In this document: piece by piece, positions 62,135 to 64,000 of the stretch
How positions within the stretch are numbered: the first letter of the stretch is position 1
Layout: every line of letters starts with the position of its first letter
Translations under genes and position numbers: made by a program
The notes under the pieces: generated by a model
What the model was told of the DNA's origin: nothing
The model's database searches: none
Seen by the model: only the letters and a program-made list of their open reading frames with translations
Assembly (NCBI GenBank): GCA_963728565.1
Contig: CAVSLC010000010.1
Coordinates: 96,001-160,000, forward strand
Reading direction: 5' to 3'
From: an uncultured delta proteobacterium
GTDB lineage: Bacteria > Desulfobacterota > Binatia > UBA9968
DNA length: 64,000 nucleotides

Positions 62135-63223
62135 ATGTTGCTCATTAACAACCAGGAAGTGGAAAAGCTCTTCGATATGAAGGCGTGTCTTGCGGCTCTG
62201 GAAGACGCCTACGACGATCTGCTCATCGGTGACGCGGTTTATCGCCCGCGCTTGGATCTCTGGATGCCGTGCGATCGGCCGGACGGTTATTGGCGTTGGG
62301 GAACGATGGAAGGCGCCAGCCGGAAGATCGGCGTGTTCGCGATTCGGATGAAGTCCGATGTGGTTTACTGGCCCAACGGCGACACCGAAGAAAAATACTG
62401 TATGCAGCCGGGGACATGGTGCGGGTTGGTCATGGTTTTCAGCGTGCGCAACGGCGAGCCGCTGGCGATTATCAATGACGGTTTGATGCAGCATATGCGG
62501 GTGGGCGGCTGCGCCGGGCTGGGCGTGAAGTATTTAGCTCGCGAGGATGCCTGCGATGTCGGCATGTTCGGTTCGGGCGGTATGGCGCGCAGCTACCTGG
62601 AGGCGTTTTATGAAGTACGTAAACTAAGAACAGTCAGGGTCTACAGTCCGACGAAAGCCAATCGAGAAAGCTTTGCTCGGGAGATGACCGGCAAATTGGA
62701 TTTAGAAGTGGTTGCCGTGGACTCGCCGGAAAAGGTCGTGCGCGGCGCCGATATCGTCGCCACCTGCACCGATTCGACCCGAACAGTTTTCGATGAGCCG
62801 GAGTGGCTGAAAGCAGGAGCGCATATCACATGCGTGCGCGCTTGCGAGATCGGCCCCCAGGTGATCAAAAAATGTGATCTGTCGGTCAAGCTTGGCAAGA
62901 ACACGATCGAAGCGATGGACGAAGGCATGATCCGCCTGCATGGCAATGTCGGCTACATCGCCGGACAACCCGAAGAGCGGAGTCGCATCCCCAATCCGAC
63001 AGTAGACAATTACAAAGGCGATTACTTCAAGTACTTTATGGATGTTCGCGGCGGAAAGGCGCCTGGACGAACCAGTAGCGATCAGGTGACCTTTTTCATC
63101 AATGCCGGCACGCAAGGACTTCAGTTCGCCGCCTGCGCCGGCAGGGTCGTCGAATTAGCCAAGCAAAAGAAAGTCGGCCGCGAGCTACCGACCGAATGGT
63201 TTTTACAGGATATTCGTGACTGA
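62135..63223 (+). CDS. Ornithine cyclodeaminase/mu-crystallin family protein
   Basis: GGAGG RBS; GEPLAII, MRVG, FGSGGMA, VYSPT, ADIVATCT, GLQFAA. Confidence 0.88.
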   Translation: MLLINNQEVEKLFDMKACLAALEDAYDDLLIGDAVYRPRLDLWMPCDRPDGYWRWGTMEGASRKIGVFAIRMKSDVVYWPNGDTEEKYCMQPGTWCGLVMVFSVRNGEPLAIINDGLMQHMRVGGCAGLGVKYLAREDACDVGMFGSGGMARSYLEAFYEVRKLRTVRVYSPTKANRESFAREMTGKLDLEVVAVDSPEKVVRGADIVATCTDSTRTVFDEPEWLKAGAHITCVRACEIGPQVIKKCDLSVKLGKNTIEAMDEGMIRLHGNVGYIAGQPEERSRIPNPTVDNYKGDYFKYFMDVRGGKAPGRTSSDQVTFFINAGTQGLQFAACAGRVVELAKQKKVGRELPTEWFLQDIRD

Positions 63224-63428
63224 GTGAGAATGTGCATCGGAATTTGCCGGTCAGATCTCCTGCTGTCGGCAGCGCGAAAACACTTAAGGCAGGTGCCAAA
63301 TTCAATCGCTCCCACATCCGCTTCGATGATCTTACCGTGAGATGTCTGTTGGGTTGGCAAACCAACCCCGCCATTCGTTTGCTCATTGAGGGAAAATCAG
63401 ACATCTTCCATCACCAGAATATATAGCC

Positions 63429-64000
63429 ATGGAAAACGCCGAATTTTTCAATCTATACAATCATGGGCTCATCCGGGTCGCCGTCGGCATTCCGGAAGTG
63501 CAAGTCGCGGATCCGGCGTTCAACGGGAGCCGCACCATCGAGCTTATGGAAAAGGCGGAGCGTGACAAGGCGGTTCTAGCGCTGTTTCCGGAACTGGGGC
63601 TCTCGGCCTACTCCTGCGACGATTTGTTTCACCAGCAGGCCCTGCTGGACGGATCGTTGGATTCCCTGCGGATGATCTTGAAAGCGTCGGAGGCTTTGAG
63701 CCTCATAGCCGTAGTCGGCATGCCGTTGCAAGTCGATCACCTCTTGTTCAATTGCGCCGTTGTCCTCTCTCGCGGGAAGATTCTCGGCATCATTCCTAAG
63801 TCGTTCCTGCCCAATTATCGGGAATATTACGAGTACCGACAGTTTGCTCCCGCGGCCGCAGCTTGCAGTACCGAAGTGGAAATCTTCGACCACAGCGCCA
63901 TTCCGTTTGGGTCGCACCTGCTTTTCCAGGCTGACAAGCAGCGCGAGTTTACGTTCTGCGTGGAAATTTGTGAAGATCTTTGGGTACCGGTTCCGCCTTC
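63429..64000 (+). CDS. nadE: Glutamine-dependent NAD+ synthetase, N-terminal nitrilase domain (runs off window)
   Basis: Manual translation MENAEFFNLYNHGLIRVAVG...FPELGLSAYSCDDLF...PKSFLPNYREYYE...EICEDLW (E-K-C triad); absent from the ORF track because there is no stop. Confidence 0.92.
   Translation, partial: MENAEFFNLYNHGLIRVAVGIPEVQVADPAFNGSRTIELMEKAERDKAVLALFPELGLSAYSCDDLFHQQALLDGSLDSLRMILKASEALSLIAVVGMPLQVDHLLFNCAVVLSRGKILGIIPKSFLPNYREYYEYRQFAPAAAACSTEVEIFDHSAIPFGSHLLFQADKQREFTFCVEICEDLWVPVPP

Noticed and set aside
1-64000. CRISPR arrays, tRNA/rRNA, riboswitches, transposases, prophage genes
   Set aside because: No regularly spaced repeats or recognisable signatures seen by eye, including no TPP riboswitch motif before tenA; a covariance-model scan would be needed to exclude small RNAs

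Overview
A GC-rich, gene-dense bacterial chromosome segment. Gene content and intergenic style suggest a soil Candidatus Binatia/Binatota-like (ex-Deltaproteobacteria) genome, which is inference only. No rRNA, tRNA, CRISPR array or transposase was seen. The first ~46 kb looks like a coordinated stress/dormancy island. It holds a CgeB-type glycosyltransferase operon, a Ser/Gly-rich peptidoglycan-binding protein, and a BON-Gfo-hemerythrin-ferritin-GlsB-F420 oxidoreductase run. It also holds a long sucA-sucB-actABCDEF(G)-sco-caa3 oxidase operon, a divergent RpoD-like sigma factor, an orphan sigma54 activator, and the glgE-treS/mak-glgB alpha-glucan pathway plus Hsp20. Reading the intergenic DNA shows seven good and one degenerate sigma54 (-24/-12, GG-N10-GC) promoters between 8.6 and 36.8 kb. 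Several carry a shared GTCYCA-N2-TGRGAC upstream motif at conserved spacing, suggesting an undescribed sigma54 to alternative-sigma70 regulon. The last 18 kb carries two tandem secreted monoheme/beta-propeller paralogs plus a Kelch protein and a Rieske oxygenase-crtU-lycopene cyclase aromatic carotenoid cassette. It also carries an MFS transporter, a stand-alone PaaA-like diiron protein with a BzdR/BoxR-type regulator, tenA, a MITE-like element, a CHRD protein, an ornithine cyclodeaminase-family gene and the start of glutamine-dependent nadE. About ten single-base frameshifts in otherwise intact genes point to long-read assembly error. One ABM-family gene appears to be a genuine pseudogene.
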